Shown here: in pieces, positions 26,383 to 40,519 of the stretch
Layout of the letters: the number at the start of each line of letters is the position of its first letter
Numbering within the stretch: the stretch's first letter is position 1
NCBI RefSeq assembly: GCF_963676685.1
Contig: NC_092349.1
Location: 87,358,001 to 87,422,000 of the forward strand
Direction: 5' to 3'
Length of the DNA: 64,000 nucleotides
Source: Mytilus edulis
Lineage: Eukaryota
Notes under the pieces: model-generated
The model's input: only the letters and a program-made list of their open reading frames with translations
Database searches by the model: none
What the model was told of the DNA's origin: nothing
Made by a program: the position numbers and the translations under genes

Positions 26383-28937
26383 ATGAGCAAGTATGTTGTC
26401 TTGGTAACGGGAGGAAGTGGATTTCTGGGACAACACGTAGTTAAACATTTACAGCTGTATGGTGATAGCGTCAAAGAAATACGAGTTTTAGACAAGGTTC
26501 CATATGAACAAAAGCTAGGTATTGGTTTTTATAATTAACAAGTATAAATTTAAGTTCGAAAAATTACGTAAAAACTGAGGTTGCAATTACCTCTGACCGT
26601 GGACGATTCTGGCATTCATGATAATGTTTTCACTCATGCAAGATGAATTCAGTTGCAAAAAAATCGTTTGAAACCATCAGTTTTCTACATTAAAACGGAA
26701 ACCACAAAATGCTTATTTTTTAATTATATTTCATGATTATAATTCAGTACCTTATGAAATTATTTGATTTGAAAGAAAACGGATGCAAATGATACCAATT
26801 TCGGATTTATTTGTAGAATTTGAAGCAAGCCAAAGCATACTATCGTATACAGGGAGTATAACCGATAGGGCACTTGTCCAGCAAGCTTGTCGTGGTGTTG
26901 ACATTGTTCTACATATTGCCTCTATGATTGACTGGTCATTATTTCCGAATAGAAAGATTCTACATGAAGTAAATATATTAGGTAAATCACTATTTTGCTA
27001 AGTTTAATTCCAGAATGCCTTTTTTTTGTTATTTGTAAATATTGTACCATGACATGATTAATGGTTGCAAATAAAATTGAAATACAATTGAAATAAAATA
27101 AGTTGGAATCTCTGTTTGTAGACACTTAAAGAGTTATTGTGCGTGTTCATAATTGGGTTGACTTTCGAATGCGTGACATTATTGTCCTTCGACACTTAAT
27201 AAGGCATAATGATATAAAACAAGCCAGGCAATTATGTAACGGAAGACACGACAATTAAAAAAAAACCGTCGCAAAACATGATACGTAAATGAAACCTACT
27301 TAAATCTCACAAAACTCAGTCTTTAAAAAGTCATTACACATAATTAAACTCAGGAAAAAAAAATGAAACAACATTTAGAATGATACACAAATTAACAATC
27401 AATTCTAACATAAACACACAGAGTAATTCACACACGAACAAACATACATTTTGCCTAAAAGAAACAGCAAGAAACAAAATGCTCTTTAGTATATATAACC
27501 CTAGCATTTCATTCATTGTATCTCATATAAAAGATAATATTAATAATATTACTGTTGAACTGATATTTTATAAAGGTACACAGACTATTATTGAAGCGTG
27601 TAGAGAGGAGAATGTTCCTTATCTAATATACTGTGGTTCTAGTGGTATCTTTGCCGGACCGGAGGAGTCACGTGGAGGAACGGAAACGACAGTCAAACAT
27701 CCATCAACATTATACTTTGATGCATATGCGTATTCAAAACTTACAGCACAAGAAATAGTCATATCTGCAAACGGAACAACACTAAGAAATGGTATCTATT
27801 CGTTATTATATTTTTTTTTACATCATACTATAATTATGAAAGAATTGGTTGCATACCATTTAGCATATTTTTGTTTAAAGCCTAGAAATGGATCAGATAC
27901 AAGTACTTTGAACTTAGGAAATCTTCTCTTTGATACTGTTACAAAAAAAAGTAGAATCACAAAAATAAAAAACTTCGAGGAAAATTCAAAATGGAAAGTC
28001 CCTAATCAAAAGGCAAAATAAAATGATAAATCACATCAAACGAATGGACAACAACTGTCATCTTCCTGACTTGGAAAAGGTATTTTCAAAAACACATGAA
28101 CATTCTTGTACAATTCATAGAAATATGCTTAAATACGATTAATGTAGTTTTAGATATTGAGATAAATCAGAAAAGAAAAAGCGAGTTAAAACAGTATTGA
28201 AAGTATGTGTGTTTGTGTGTTTTTTTTCAGAAACACGCAATCTGATTAACTTTTTAGAAACCTTGAGTTTTTGTTCTAGTTAAATGTCTGGAACATAGAG
28301 ACTTTAACACTCTGCACATAATTTCAAGCAATTATATCAATTTCTTTTCAAAATAAAAACACTGTTTAACTTTATCATTTTAGGGAAACAGCTACGAACT
28401 ATTGCCATTCTACCGTTACCAATGTACGGCGAATTGGACTATATGGCTATTCCACTTTCAATAAGGCCTTTCAAAGGAAAAACGTATCCTCTAGTCGGTC
28501 GCATGACAGCCATTTTACAATATAGCTATGTTGGAAATACAGCAATGATGTTTGTGAAAGCAGCAGAATCAATACCAAACAATCCAGCTCTTGGCGGCCA
28601 TTTTTTCTTTGCTGCAGACGACACTCCACCAGATACATTGCCCGGTGTAATGAAACCATTTTTAGATCTAGTAGGTTCCAGACCATCAACATGGTATATA
28701 CCCTACTGGTTTACGATGTTTATGATGTTTTTATTTTATTGTTTACTTTATGTAGTTCGTCTTTTTAAAACAGTCAACTTACCAAATTTGCATTTCACAT
28801 TCGGGAGCATAGCATTTTTAAATACAACATTTTATGTTACTTACGACAAAGCCAAGACATTGCTAGGATACGAACCCATCTATGACTACGGTACTGCAGT
28901 CAGACGATCAAATACATTCTATTCGAAGATAATTTGA
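26383..28937 (+). CDS. 3beta-HSD-like extended SDR oxidoreductase, paralog 2; join(26383..26518,26817..26981,27576..27791,28384..28937), 356 aa
   Basis: MSKYVVLVTGGSGFLGQHVVKHL, DIVLHIAS, YCGSS, YAYSK (YxxxK), YGELD, YVGN, FFFAADDTP, LLGYEPIY. GT-AG phase-1 introns and an open frame across all junctions. Confidence 0.94.
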
Positions 28938-29629
28938 AATAAAGTACTGTTCAATATTTTTTGCTGAAGCCTTGCCATGCAAACACTTATCTTTCCATGT
29001 ATACTACTCTCTCGCAATGATTTAACGACGACTATACAATTCTGTATGGTGTTATACTTGTTTAACTGTCCAAAGAATTCAAGTGCTAGTCATTTTAAAT
29101 CATACTGTGTGTAAATCTTTCTTTGTGTGTAAACAAAAAATGCTATACTAGTATCATATTTACATTTTTGATAATACACAAGTAAATGTATCCTTGATGA
29201 CATTGAATGGAGGCTATTGACCACTTGTTCACCCCATCCACAGTGGATTAGACACTACCATGACTACTAGATTCTAATATTCACGCATCATTTTTATAGT
29301 TTGTTTTGTAAGTTATGTTATAAAAGTTGAATTATAATTTGTGTTTGCATCATTCAATAGGCCATTATTTCCAGTTTTTAAGCTTAAATCCTGAAAAATG
29401 TGACCTGGCATTATCCGTAATGCATAAAATGTAAATGAAGTAAATAAAAAAACCTAAAACATTTGTACAAAATTAAAACACATTTGGTACATAATAACAT
29501 GATAAGAACTGAAGTTTAAAATATCGACTCCCTGAAATAAAGTAACCAGTTCTGCCCACTTTATTTTTAAACTGGGGGTATCACCAAAGCTGTCAATTAG
29601 AAACTTTAGAAACTGTACATTGTGTTTTG

Positions 29630-30012
29630 ATGATATTGAGATGAAATGCATTTTATTTTATTATGTCCATTATATTCAAATTTGCGTGAATGTTTGATAA
29701 AACTATATTATTGTCATAAACCATCTGTTTATAAACTGTTACAATTATTAAGCACTACTAATGCAAAAGACTTGTGCAACTTAGGAAAATATATACTTAG
29801 AGCACTGAAGCTCAGAAATGACTGTTTTCAGTAAGAAGATTTGTATTTCATTTGTTACAAATATTTGCTATTTGGAATTATATTTATATGTATTTAATAC
29901 TTCTGTCTGTTTTGTCATGATCGTATATTTTTGAAATCTATATTTAGTATATATTGATTATACATGTACCTATATGTTGTAAAACATTTGGTTAATAAAG
30001 AATTAAAATTGA
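29630..30012 (+). mobile_element. 5'-truncated LINE remnant (ORF2 C-terminus and 3' tail)
   Basis: DIEDEMHFILLCPLYSNLR...KPSVYKLLQLLS...NLGKYILRALKLR resembles the EDExHFxxxCxxY C-terminal motif of non-LTR ORF2. It ends in AATAAAGAATTAAAATTGAA. Confidence 0.7.
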
Positions 30013-32418
30013 AAATAAACGACCGATGTGATAATGCTGTTTATGAGGCGCAATAAAAACATGACACTCTTGATTATAACAAACGTCACTTTTTTTTTTA
30101 GCAAATTTTGACGTTCAAAATCTAATGTTAAAACCTTTTGTCAGTTGATTTTTATACACTTTAAGACATTTATAGTCTCCGTTTTGGTTTAATTGAAAAT
30201 CTATTAAATCAACCTGTGCTCTACCTTTCCTAAAAACGTTTTCTTCATGTTAAAATTTTCCAAATGTGAAAGACATTGTTCAATGGAAATATTTGCATAG
30301 CCATTGAACCGGAAAACATATTTATATTGACATTATTGCATTCTTGTCTTTCCGTTTTGCTTGTGTACTTTGTCTATAAAGTGTCTCTTTGCCATTTCGT
30401 TTTTTATTGTTGACATTGTTTCAAATTCTTATACTGATTTAGATTATAACACAATGTTGACTTTTGTATCCCCATTTTTGACTTTTTTACTATAGTGTCT
30501 ACATAAAAAAGAAGATGTGGTTTGATTGCCAATGAGACAACTCTCCACAATAGACCACAACGACACAGAACTGAATATCCCTGAAAATAATATATGAGGT
30601 GGGATAGGAGGGGTCCTGATCCCGAAATCCCGGACTCAAAATAACGAATATGTTTTGCCCATACATTGTTGTCAATATAATAGAGCAGTAGACTTTTATA
30701 CAATAGAGACGACTAGCTGGTTGTTGGATACGGTTTAATCCATCATTTTCTACACAAGGAAATGCCTATACCAAGTCAAGAACATGACAGGTGTTTTCCT
30801 TTCGTCCTTGGAGATCGGTATTTTTTGATATTCTTGCAGTGTCACTACTACGTTGAATAAATCATACGGTCTCTGTCGGCATGGTATATGAAAAACAAGG
30901 AGGTGTGGTATACTTGTCAGTGAGACACCTATTCACAAAAATTCAAATGAAGTTGATGTTAGCAATTATAGCCAACACTACTGTTTTTAGAAATGGAAAA
31001 ACCCATACCATATAGTTAGCTATGTACATTATTGAATTTTGAATAACGAAAATAAATAAATGACGTACTCCAGCGCGGTATAATCTTTTACTTTTTGAGG
31101 TAATTATTACGGCTTCGAAGTTGTGAACTGCACTTCCAAGTACACAAAGTCGATAAGCTATACTTATTGCATTCGAGCTATTAATAACCCAATTCATTGA
31201 CCTTGCAGATCAAATGAAGCTGTCGGTGATATTTACATACTAACATATATATAAAAGGCATTATAAAAAAAAAAAAAAAAAAAAAAACGAAATATAATGA
31301 CAGTGGTGATAATGAAACCTTCTTTATCTCAATTTATTTTCATTCATCTGGACAATGTCATTTTTATGTTTGATTTTATGTCCGTAATGTATTCCTTTTG
31401 TTGTAACATATGCAGTTTTTTTGTTTGTTATTAATCAAGTCCAAAATTTCTTCAAATCAGAGTCGAGATTTGTGACATCATACATGCTGTACCACAGTTA
31501 TGTTTCCTTTAAAAATAGGCCACAAACAGAAATCATGTCTTACTGCATCACCCAAGATAAAACTTTTGTTGAAGCATTACAATACAATCCATTTAAAAAT
31601 GACCGTAATGAATAATAGCAAATTAAAGAATACATTTTTTGTTGCCCGATCGATCGTTAAAAACTTCAAATGCCAAATAGTTTATAACATTAAAATGCAA
31701 GTTGTTTTTCCATTATTGCGATTCTTCAATTAAAGGGTTTCGACTACTTTTATGTTTGTTATCTAATAATTTATTTTCAATTTTCTGCGCACAATTTGTT
31801 TATTGGCAATAACACAAACAGGGATGTAAATAACTGATAACAACTGCAAAGTCTAGACTGATAAAGTGTTGTGCTGATAACCTGATTGACAATTGATAAC
31901 AGTGAAGTGCAGCATGTTAGCATAGTTATACGAAAACGAAGACAAGGAGTACATGTCATCTGTTGGGTAAGTAGTTACAAAAAGGAAAAGTTAATTAGAA
32001 GACTTTAAAAAAAAAAGATTTGAAGAAAGAGAGCAAAACACCGTGCCTAATAAAAAGGTAAACAGACATTTCAAAGCCCACACAACAATTAATACAGAAA
32101 CCAAAAGTATAGTCAACATGAAACTCACGAAATACCGCGGGTGAACTCTATGGCATTGGTAAGGTCAGTAATTTCTACTCCTCTAATAATACCTGTCGTG
32201 TTGCTCATGTAAAAATCAGATATTCTTTATTCAATGACCATGGTTCTCCAAACCTTGGAAAATTAATAACTGTCTCTTTCTGAACCAGATTTGTTTCTAA
32301 CATGAACACACTAGAAGTAGTTTTTATGATTTTTGTTTGTGCAGATGCAATTATTAAAATGGGACAATTTTAGAAAATGTATGCAAATGTTTTGTTTGTT
32401 TTCGCACAGGAAACAACC

Positions 32419-35400
32419 ATGAAACACGTTGTTTTGGTAACAGGCGGGAGTGGATTTCTTGGTCAGCATGTTGTGAAACACTTACAACTCTATGGAGAAA
32501 ATGTTAAAGAAATTAGAGTTTTAGATGTGGTCGACTATAAGCAAAAGCTAGGTAAATATATATACTGATACTTTTAACAACGTTATTTTTACTAAAATGA
32601 GACAACAGTAGTGTATCGGTTTGATATGTAGAATTGAATATACAGTTAATTACAGCTATATTTAAGAAATTATAGATCAACCACGCACTGCAATATAAAA
32701 AATAGGAAGAATTGGTATGATTGTCAATGTGCGAACTGGCCAAATGAGATCAATTGACTGAGAAATGTAGGTCACCATATGACCTTCAACAATGAACAAA
32801 ACATATAATGGAGAGAAAGCTTCAAAAGTCACCGAGAGGACAGATTAAAACAGTTTAAATCCCTTTATAACTTGCTGTTCTTTTTTTATCTATTGAGAGA
32901 AACTAACGACCTGATTGATTTACAAACCAATAAATGAAAAAACAATATTATGAACAAAAACAAACGATTACCCCTGAGTTACATACTAGAAAAGGCATCA
33001 CAGAATACTGCGGTATTATATATGGATGCGGGCATCCAATCCCCTGGGACATTTTCGTAAGAACACACTATTATAACAAGTACTTGATAAGTACATATCT
33101 CCTGAGAACGATACAAAACACCAAAAATAAATTATCAACCCTTAAATACACACATCTGAGAGTAATTGTAGTTACCGAAAGCTAGTCCAAAGCCGTTCAG
33201 ATGATGACAATAATCAAAAGGATGCACGTGTATGTATCACCAATGAAAAATATGTACATTAACGCTGTTATGTAAGATATTATTGTGTTTAATTCATTTT
33301 TTAGAATTTGAGATTAAGAAGCCAACGCAAACATTTACCGGGAGTATAACAGACAAAGATTTAGTAGAACGCGCTTGCCATGGGGTTGATATTGTTTTAC
33401 ATGTTGCGTCCATTATTGACTACAACCAGTTCCCTAACCAAGCCATTCTAAATGAAGTTAATGTCAAAGGTAGCCTTCAATTATAAGACAACTAAATTTG
33501 AGAATGATAATTGAGAATATGTCAAAGAGACAAGAACCAGACCAAAAAGAAAACAGCCGAAGGCCACCAATGGGTCATCAATGCAGCGAGAAAAACCTGC
33601 ACCCGGATGCGTGCTCCAGCTGGCCCCTAAACAAAAATGTGTACTAGTTCAGTGATATGAATGGACGTCACACTAAATAAGAAATATATAAATGAACAGA
33701 ACAATTTTATGAAGACGTAATAAATCTTTTTCAAGTTAGCTCAACATTTAGTTAAAGACTTTCAATGTTTTCGTTTATGACAGTATACCATTTTTTGTAA
33801 TGATGACCTTATTTACCTCCATATCGTCAAAAATCTTTATGGGGACAAATTGGACATACCTTGTCATTGGCTTTGTTCACAAATGAAAGATAAATTTGAT
33901 GGCATGGCATGAACTCAAAATGAAAGGAGATCGGGTGCGTGATCATCGTGAAAATTATAAAAAACACAAAATTATGAATCATTACACAGGACGCATGTTT
34001 GATGCTCGTAATAGGCATACCCCCATGACGAATAACTATAAAAATTGTTGCCGAATGACGTTAACGGTAATCTATGATACATGACAATAAAATGTACTCT
34101 ATTCTATGCGATAAAAAAATCGATTGATTTTTTTTCGAATGACGACGCAACGATAATTGTTTTGAGACCTCTGACGAATCACGATAAGGATATTTAGACG
34201 AATCAGTGTAACATTTCAATCAATTTGACGCTAACTGTAGCTGGAAATGATAGTTTGACGACTAATGGTAAAGGTCATTTCTACCCCCAAGTTTGCTTTA
34301 ATTCGACTCAAAAGTGGCGTTTTTAAAAAGACAAATCAAACTCGAGGTGAAGAGCATTTCTAGCGAAAAAGCATCTTCTGCTATGCATGTATCCCAGTAA
34401 AACTTCTTAATGCTTTGAAACCCATCTAATTTGTATTATTAACATTTCCACAACAGGTACAGAGGTCGTATTGAATGCATGTCGGGAGGAGAATGTGCCT
34501 TACCTTATTTACTGTAGTTCTAGTTCATTATATCTTGGTCCGGAGGCTGTGATGGACGGAACAGAAACATCTGTTTCACAACCATCTAGATTCTATTATA
34601 AAGCCTATGCCTCGTCTAAAGCTAAAGCACAAGATATGGTCTTATCTGCCAATGGTTCTAAATTGAATAATGGTAAGTACCTATGCCATGTTTAAAAATT
34701 TGGCCGAATAGTAGTGATATATGTATTATGTTCAACAATTAAGTAGAAAAAAGGAACAACTCAAATTGAGAATGGAAATGGAAAAGATGTCAAAGAGACA
34801 ACAACCCGACCTAGGAGCAGATGACAGCCAATGCAGCAGGAAAATCCTAAACGCGAAGGTGGTCCTCAGCATCCCCAAAATATAAATTTTGTACTACACT
34901 ATAGCTTGATGCAATTGAATTGCATGTGTCGTTTGAGATCATACACTATGTTTTACTAAGTGAGCCATGTATGCATTTTATCAACATGAATCCGGAGGAA
35001 TAAATGTAATTTCCGAGAATACAGAATTCCAAGTTTAGAAATTAGAATTTGATTGACACATGTTTCTTTTAACAGACGTCACGAGGAGGACATGTATTCG
35101 AAAAATCAATCCTCNNNNNNNNNNNNNNNNNNNNNNNNNNNNNNNNNNNNNNNNNNNNNNNNNNNNNNNNNNNNNNNNNNNNNNNNNNNNNNNNNNNNNN
35201 NNNNNNNNNNNNNNNNNNNNNNNNNNNNNNNNNNNNNNNNNNNNNNNNNNNNNNNNNNNNNNNNNNNNNNNNNNNNNNNAGAATGAAATATATCATGATA
35301 TTATTAAGGAATAAGACTGACAGATTTAAAATTTTGGTTATTCTCAAATAAATTAATATAACATTTAACATATATTTTATTAACTGTATTATTTACTCTG

Positions 35401-35968
35401 TTAATTATCTATGGCAGGAAATGTTCTGAGAACTCTTGCAATTCTACCTTTGCCTATGTTTGGGGAATTGGACAACGTACAAATACCTCTTGCCGTTCGC
35501 CCATTCAAGGGTAAAACATTCCCTGTGGTTGGACCTATGGATGCTACAGTACAGTTCAGTTATGTTGGAAACACTGCAATGATGTTCGTCACAGCAGCAG
35601 AAGCTTTACCTAATAATTCGTCGCTTGGAGGACATTTTTTCTTTGCCGCCGACGATACACCACCAGCCTCATATCCTGAAACAATGAAACCATTTTTTAA
35701 CCATTTTGGTACTAAGACCTCTAAATGGCATGTTCCATATTGGATTGCGATGTCTTTAATGTTTCTGTTTTTCTGTATACTATTTATTTTACGGTTCCTG
35801 AGAATAACTTTGCCGACAGTACATTTTTCGTTTGGTAGTTTAGCCTTTCTTAATACGACTTTCTATGTCACTTACGACAAAGCGAAAACTATGCTTGGAT
35901 ATAAACCTCTTTATGAATATGGGTCATGCATCGAAAGAGCCAAAGCGTTTTATGAAAGTATAATTTAA
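32419..35968 (+). CDS. 3beta-HSD-like extended SDR oxidoreductase, paralog 3; join(32419..32551,33305..33469,34457..34672,35418..35968), 354 aa
   Basis: MKHVVLVTGGSGFLGQHVVKHL, DIVLHVAS, YCSSS, YASSK (YxxxK), FGELD, YVGN, FFFAADDTP, MLGYKPLY. Exon sizes 133/165/216/551. The assembly gap lies in the last intron and no exon is missing relative to the paralogs. Confidence 0.93.
35115..35279. other. Assembly gap (165 N)
   Basis: Run of N in the last intron of HSD paralog 3. Confidence 0.99.
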
Positions 35969-38056
35969 GAAAGACTGAATTTGAATAATTTTTTTAAAAA
36001 CTTTTATTGTTTCGTATGTACAATTTATATATATAATTAATGTTCAATGTGTAAAGTACATGTTCCGGACCATATGAGTATTTGGACCATTCGTGTATGG
36101 TCATGACCATATGCATATACTCATATGGTCCGACCATACGAGTATAATACTCGTTTGGTTATTAACGGACCGGACCATATGATTATTTGGACCATAAAGG
36201 TATTTGTTTTTTTTTAAACTACAGTATAAAAACGTTTCAATAATACAAAAACTTTATCTAAAACAACCAGTGATAGTTACACGAGAGTTTATTAATTTTA
36301 TAGGCCTGGACTGAGTCGGGTGTGTCTATTCTGTGTTGGTCATTCATTATGTATTCGTGTTTGTTTTATGTAATGATTTAATACTTCAGTTTCATTATGT
36401 ATATCTGTTATATTCATTTGATAAAATTAACTGTTTGCAATAGCATTAATTGTTCTTTATTATAAGGATGTTCTTATCCCAAGCATAAAAACTTAGCCGT
36501 ATTTGACACAACCTTTTTCAACTTTTGATCTTCAGTGCTGTACAACTTTGTACTTTTTTTCGTTTTCGATCTTTTATATCTGGACGTCACTGGTGATTCT
36601 TGTGTGGACGAGGCGCGTTTTGGGCGTATTAAATTTTAAACCTGATGCTTTTTGTTATTCATTAATCATGTGTTTCTTTGTCTAATACGTTTTCCTATTT
36701 TTTTGTATTATAGTCCTGTAATATTATGTTGTCATTTCTATGTTATATTTAACATTGCCATTAAAATGCAAGGTTTGGCATGCCACAAAACCAGGTTCAA
36801 CCCACCATTTTTTTCCTTTAAAAATGTCCTGTACCAAGTCAGGAATATGGCCATTGTTATATTATAGTTCGTTTCTGTGTGTGTTACAATTTAACGTTGC
36901 GTCGTTTGTTTTCTCTTATTTTTGAGTGTAAATTGACATTGCGATAAGACGTGTCACGGTACTTGTCTATCCCAAATTCATGTACATGTATTTGGTTTTG
37001 ATGATATATTTGTTCTTCTCGTGGGATTTTGTCTGATGCTTGGTCCGTTTCTGTGTGTGTTAGTTACATTGTAGTGTTGTGTCGTTGTTCTCCTCTTATA
37101 TTTATGTGTTTCCCTCAGTTTTAGTTTGTTACCCCGATTTTGTTTTTTGTTCATGGATTTATGAGTTTGAACAGCGGTATACTACTGTTGCCTTTATTTA
37201 TAAACCAAAAACTACGTAAAAATTAAATATTGATGCCATAGTTAGTTTCATCGCTGGTTACATTCTTGCATGTAGGCTTGGTGTGACATTCACTTCCAAA
37301 CGGTATCATAGCTTTGTTGCAGTGCAAGAAATTAGTTCACGATCCTTTTCATTTACACCTTTTGTTTGCGAGTGAAAATCTAGCCTTTATGCAGATGCGT
37401 ACATTGAAACTGAGGTCTTTAACCATTCGGATCTCTACGGTGTTTTTAAGAAGCTATAGATCTCAAATATCGTAAAATGACTTCAATACACCATATACAC
37501 AAGACAACTTAAACAAACTATGTTACTTTACACTGATTTTTTTGTGGAACACTTCATTAAGAAAACTTTTAGTCCAGCAGATAGGTGAATAATTATGCAC
37601 TTTGTGTTAAAAGCATAAAATTTGGTAGAAACATAGTTTGGACCATTCTAGACAAAATTAGATATGGAGGCAAGGTTGATTTGATCCACTTCCGGTTTTA
37701 TGATCAAAATGGCGGAAATGCATTTGATAACTGATTAATGGTTATTCAAATCTCACAGCTGGTAGCCAAAGTTTGCTGTGTAGACTATGATATTATTGTG
37801 TATTCATGGTTTGAAATAATGTATCATTTCTTTGAAACCCTCGGGGTATTTTATTCAGAAATTTGTCACTTCCGGTAAAAAATATCACAAGTAAACGTAA
37901 TTTAGAGACAAAATACATATGTTTGAAAAAAAAGCAATGTTGTCCAAAAAAAGGTTAAATATCATTGACCTCTGATATTGTTCGATCAAACATCAGCATA
38001 ACGAATAGTTCGATTAATTTCGTAATAGTGGTGTCGACATTCAGAGTACTCACCTG

Positions 38057-38228
38057 GGTTGAGTCCAATATCGTAGCGGCTACAAAGGGCTATAGTAGAT
38101 GTATGACTATTGAACGTGTATCTAGCCTAGCTGCAACATAGATAATAGATAGCAGCTAGACTAGCTACTCGTTCAGTAGACACACATCTACGTAGCACTA
38201 CGTAGTTGCTACGATATTGGACGCAACC
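38057..38228. mobile_element. Harbinger-like MITE nested in the Academ remnant
   Basis: CTG|GGTTGAGTCCAATATCGTAGC ... GCTACGATATTGGACGCAACC|CTG, with a 3-bp TSD. Confidence 0.72.
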
Positions 38229-40519
38229 CTGGTCTCTCATAACGGTGTATACTTTTGTGACACCATTCAATACCATTCATGTATCCCTGTTTTTTTTCAC
38301 CTTATTCAGCGATCTATGCCACAGTGTCGAATACAGTGAATGCATGGAAAACAGGCAATGCATATGTTTTTTCTTGTCCTAAAAAGTTAGCAAGCTCATG
38401 AATTGAAATGAATACGAAGTGGTTTCCAGTCCCAAAGCAACCCATAAATATCAACTGCATTGTCACATGAAACAAGTACTAATACATCTGTTACAACTGT
38501 AGCAATGATTCTGATCTCGAAAATGTTTTCATCCATCTGTTTATTTGACAGATAATGAATGAGTTCTGTTTTGTTTTGATCTACACGTGAGAAGCTCTAT
38601 CAGTTTCGTGGTTAGCATGTTTGCCTTGTACTGTCAATCTTTATATTGTCTACAATAGTTACATCTTGTCAATTGTTCTAAAAAGTAAAATAAAAAAAAT
38701 ACTGAACTCAGAGGAAAATCAAATCGGAAAGTCCCTTTTCTATTCAACGAACGACGAATAGTATCAACAACTGCTGAGGGAGCTATATCTTTAATTGGTA
38801 TACAGAACAAGCAGTTCGTTGCTGTCTTCAAGAAATTGATTTCCTAACTCTTCTATCACAGAAGCTACATCATGGATAAACGACATTTGAGCTCTAAGTT
38901 TCTGCTCATGGTCAGTTGTGTTCGTTCTCTTCATCATGACATCGATATATGACTGTCCCTCTGGTATCTTTCGCCCCTCTTCTCAAACTCTTTTAGCAAG
39001 GCTTGCCATTTCTTCTCAAGCTGCCATCCATCTTCGCAGGGTTAATGGGTTATATGTTAACAGTGCCTCCATCCGACTTAACAACATGTTTATTTCATGT
39101 GTTCTGTCAGACAGTGAACCATTATTTCTAAGTGCATATGTTTCTTTAGATGCATGCATTATGACGGATCTTTGGAGATTTAACGTTAAAGATTTGTTTG
39201 TAGCTGTTAAATATAAATATCCAAGCAATCGTTGGTGTTTCCTGCTTATAAGAGTCGGTTGTTATATATTGTCCATACAACAACATACTAACAAGAGCTA
39301 CAGGAGATATTGGAACATAATTCTCCTCACAGTTCACTGGAAAACTACCGTCAAACCAAAATGTAACAATAAACATGTCGCTGCGAATTATTGTTACTGC
39401 TTTATAAATCTACATTTAGTTTTAGTCAAAGGCATCATCACCTGCTTTCTGAAACGAGGGTTCTATATTATCTTTGAAAGCAAGTTAATTCTCTCTTTCT
39501 CTTGTTTTTATTCCTGAATATCAGGTAAATAATAAAGCATTAGATATAAGAAGTTGTATGAGTGCCATTGAGACAAATCTCCATCCAATTCAAACATGTG
39601 AAAGCTCTCTCACAGGCAAACAACCCATAATTTTAAAATGTAAGAAGTTTATTCTTTCATCTTGAATTATGAACTCTGTCTTCAATGTCAACATCTAGAT
39701 TCCTTATTCGCCTAGAAAAAACCTGACAACTTTGAATCCTGGTGATAAATATTCTTTGGTTATGGAATCTTCATTGTAGCTGATGATGTCAGCTAATGCG
39801 ATTCCATGGCTTATTCATGCATCTCTTCCTTATTAAGTCTCATCTTCTCTAGAGACTTTTGATGCCTGTCGATAAAGGTTAGCAAGACATTGGACATGAT
39901 ATTTCGTTTCTTGTACAGTGAGGTCCCCAGCACTAAGCTTCTCTAAAAAAGTTGTGTACTGAAGCATTTGTACACATTGACCGTGCGGGTGGGTTTCCAG
40001 CTCCGATTGCCTGTTTTTTTTTTTTACATATCGGCTGTATCCTTTTGATGTCTTATTTTAGCTCTCTTTAGTTCTGTGTTTAGATGGCAGGTCTTATACC
40101 ATTTGGCATTGTTTTTGTACGTAGTATGTGGAAGACCCCGGCCATCATATTGTGTATACAGATGGGTCGTAGACGGTAAACATGGAAGTTCTTTGTATTT
40201 AACGAGATTTCCAGCCATAGTAACATATCCGGCACCAATATTGATACACTTTGAGGGTGTAGGGCATTGCAGCTATTCGTCTGTCATATTTTGACAAATT
40301 ATATATTTAACATTGAGAACAGAAATAGGGAATATATCAAAGAGACAACAAACTGACCAAAGAGCAGACAATAGCCGAATGCCACCAATAAGTGTTCTAT
40401 GCAGCGAGAAATTCCTGCAACCGGACGTGGTCACCAGCTGGTCCCTATACAAATAGTGTACTAATTCAGAGTAAATGGATGTCACACTAAATTCCAAAGC
40501 ATATAAATGAACTAAATAT

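Noticed and set aside
35053-35371. ORFs spanning X runs
   Set aside because: Artefacts of the N gap.
38918-39517. 199-aa plus-strand ORF
   Set aside because: Antisense to the decayed Academ-like transposase, with no recognisable motifs.
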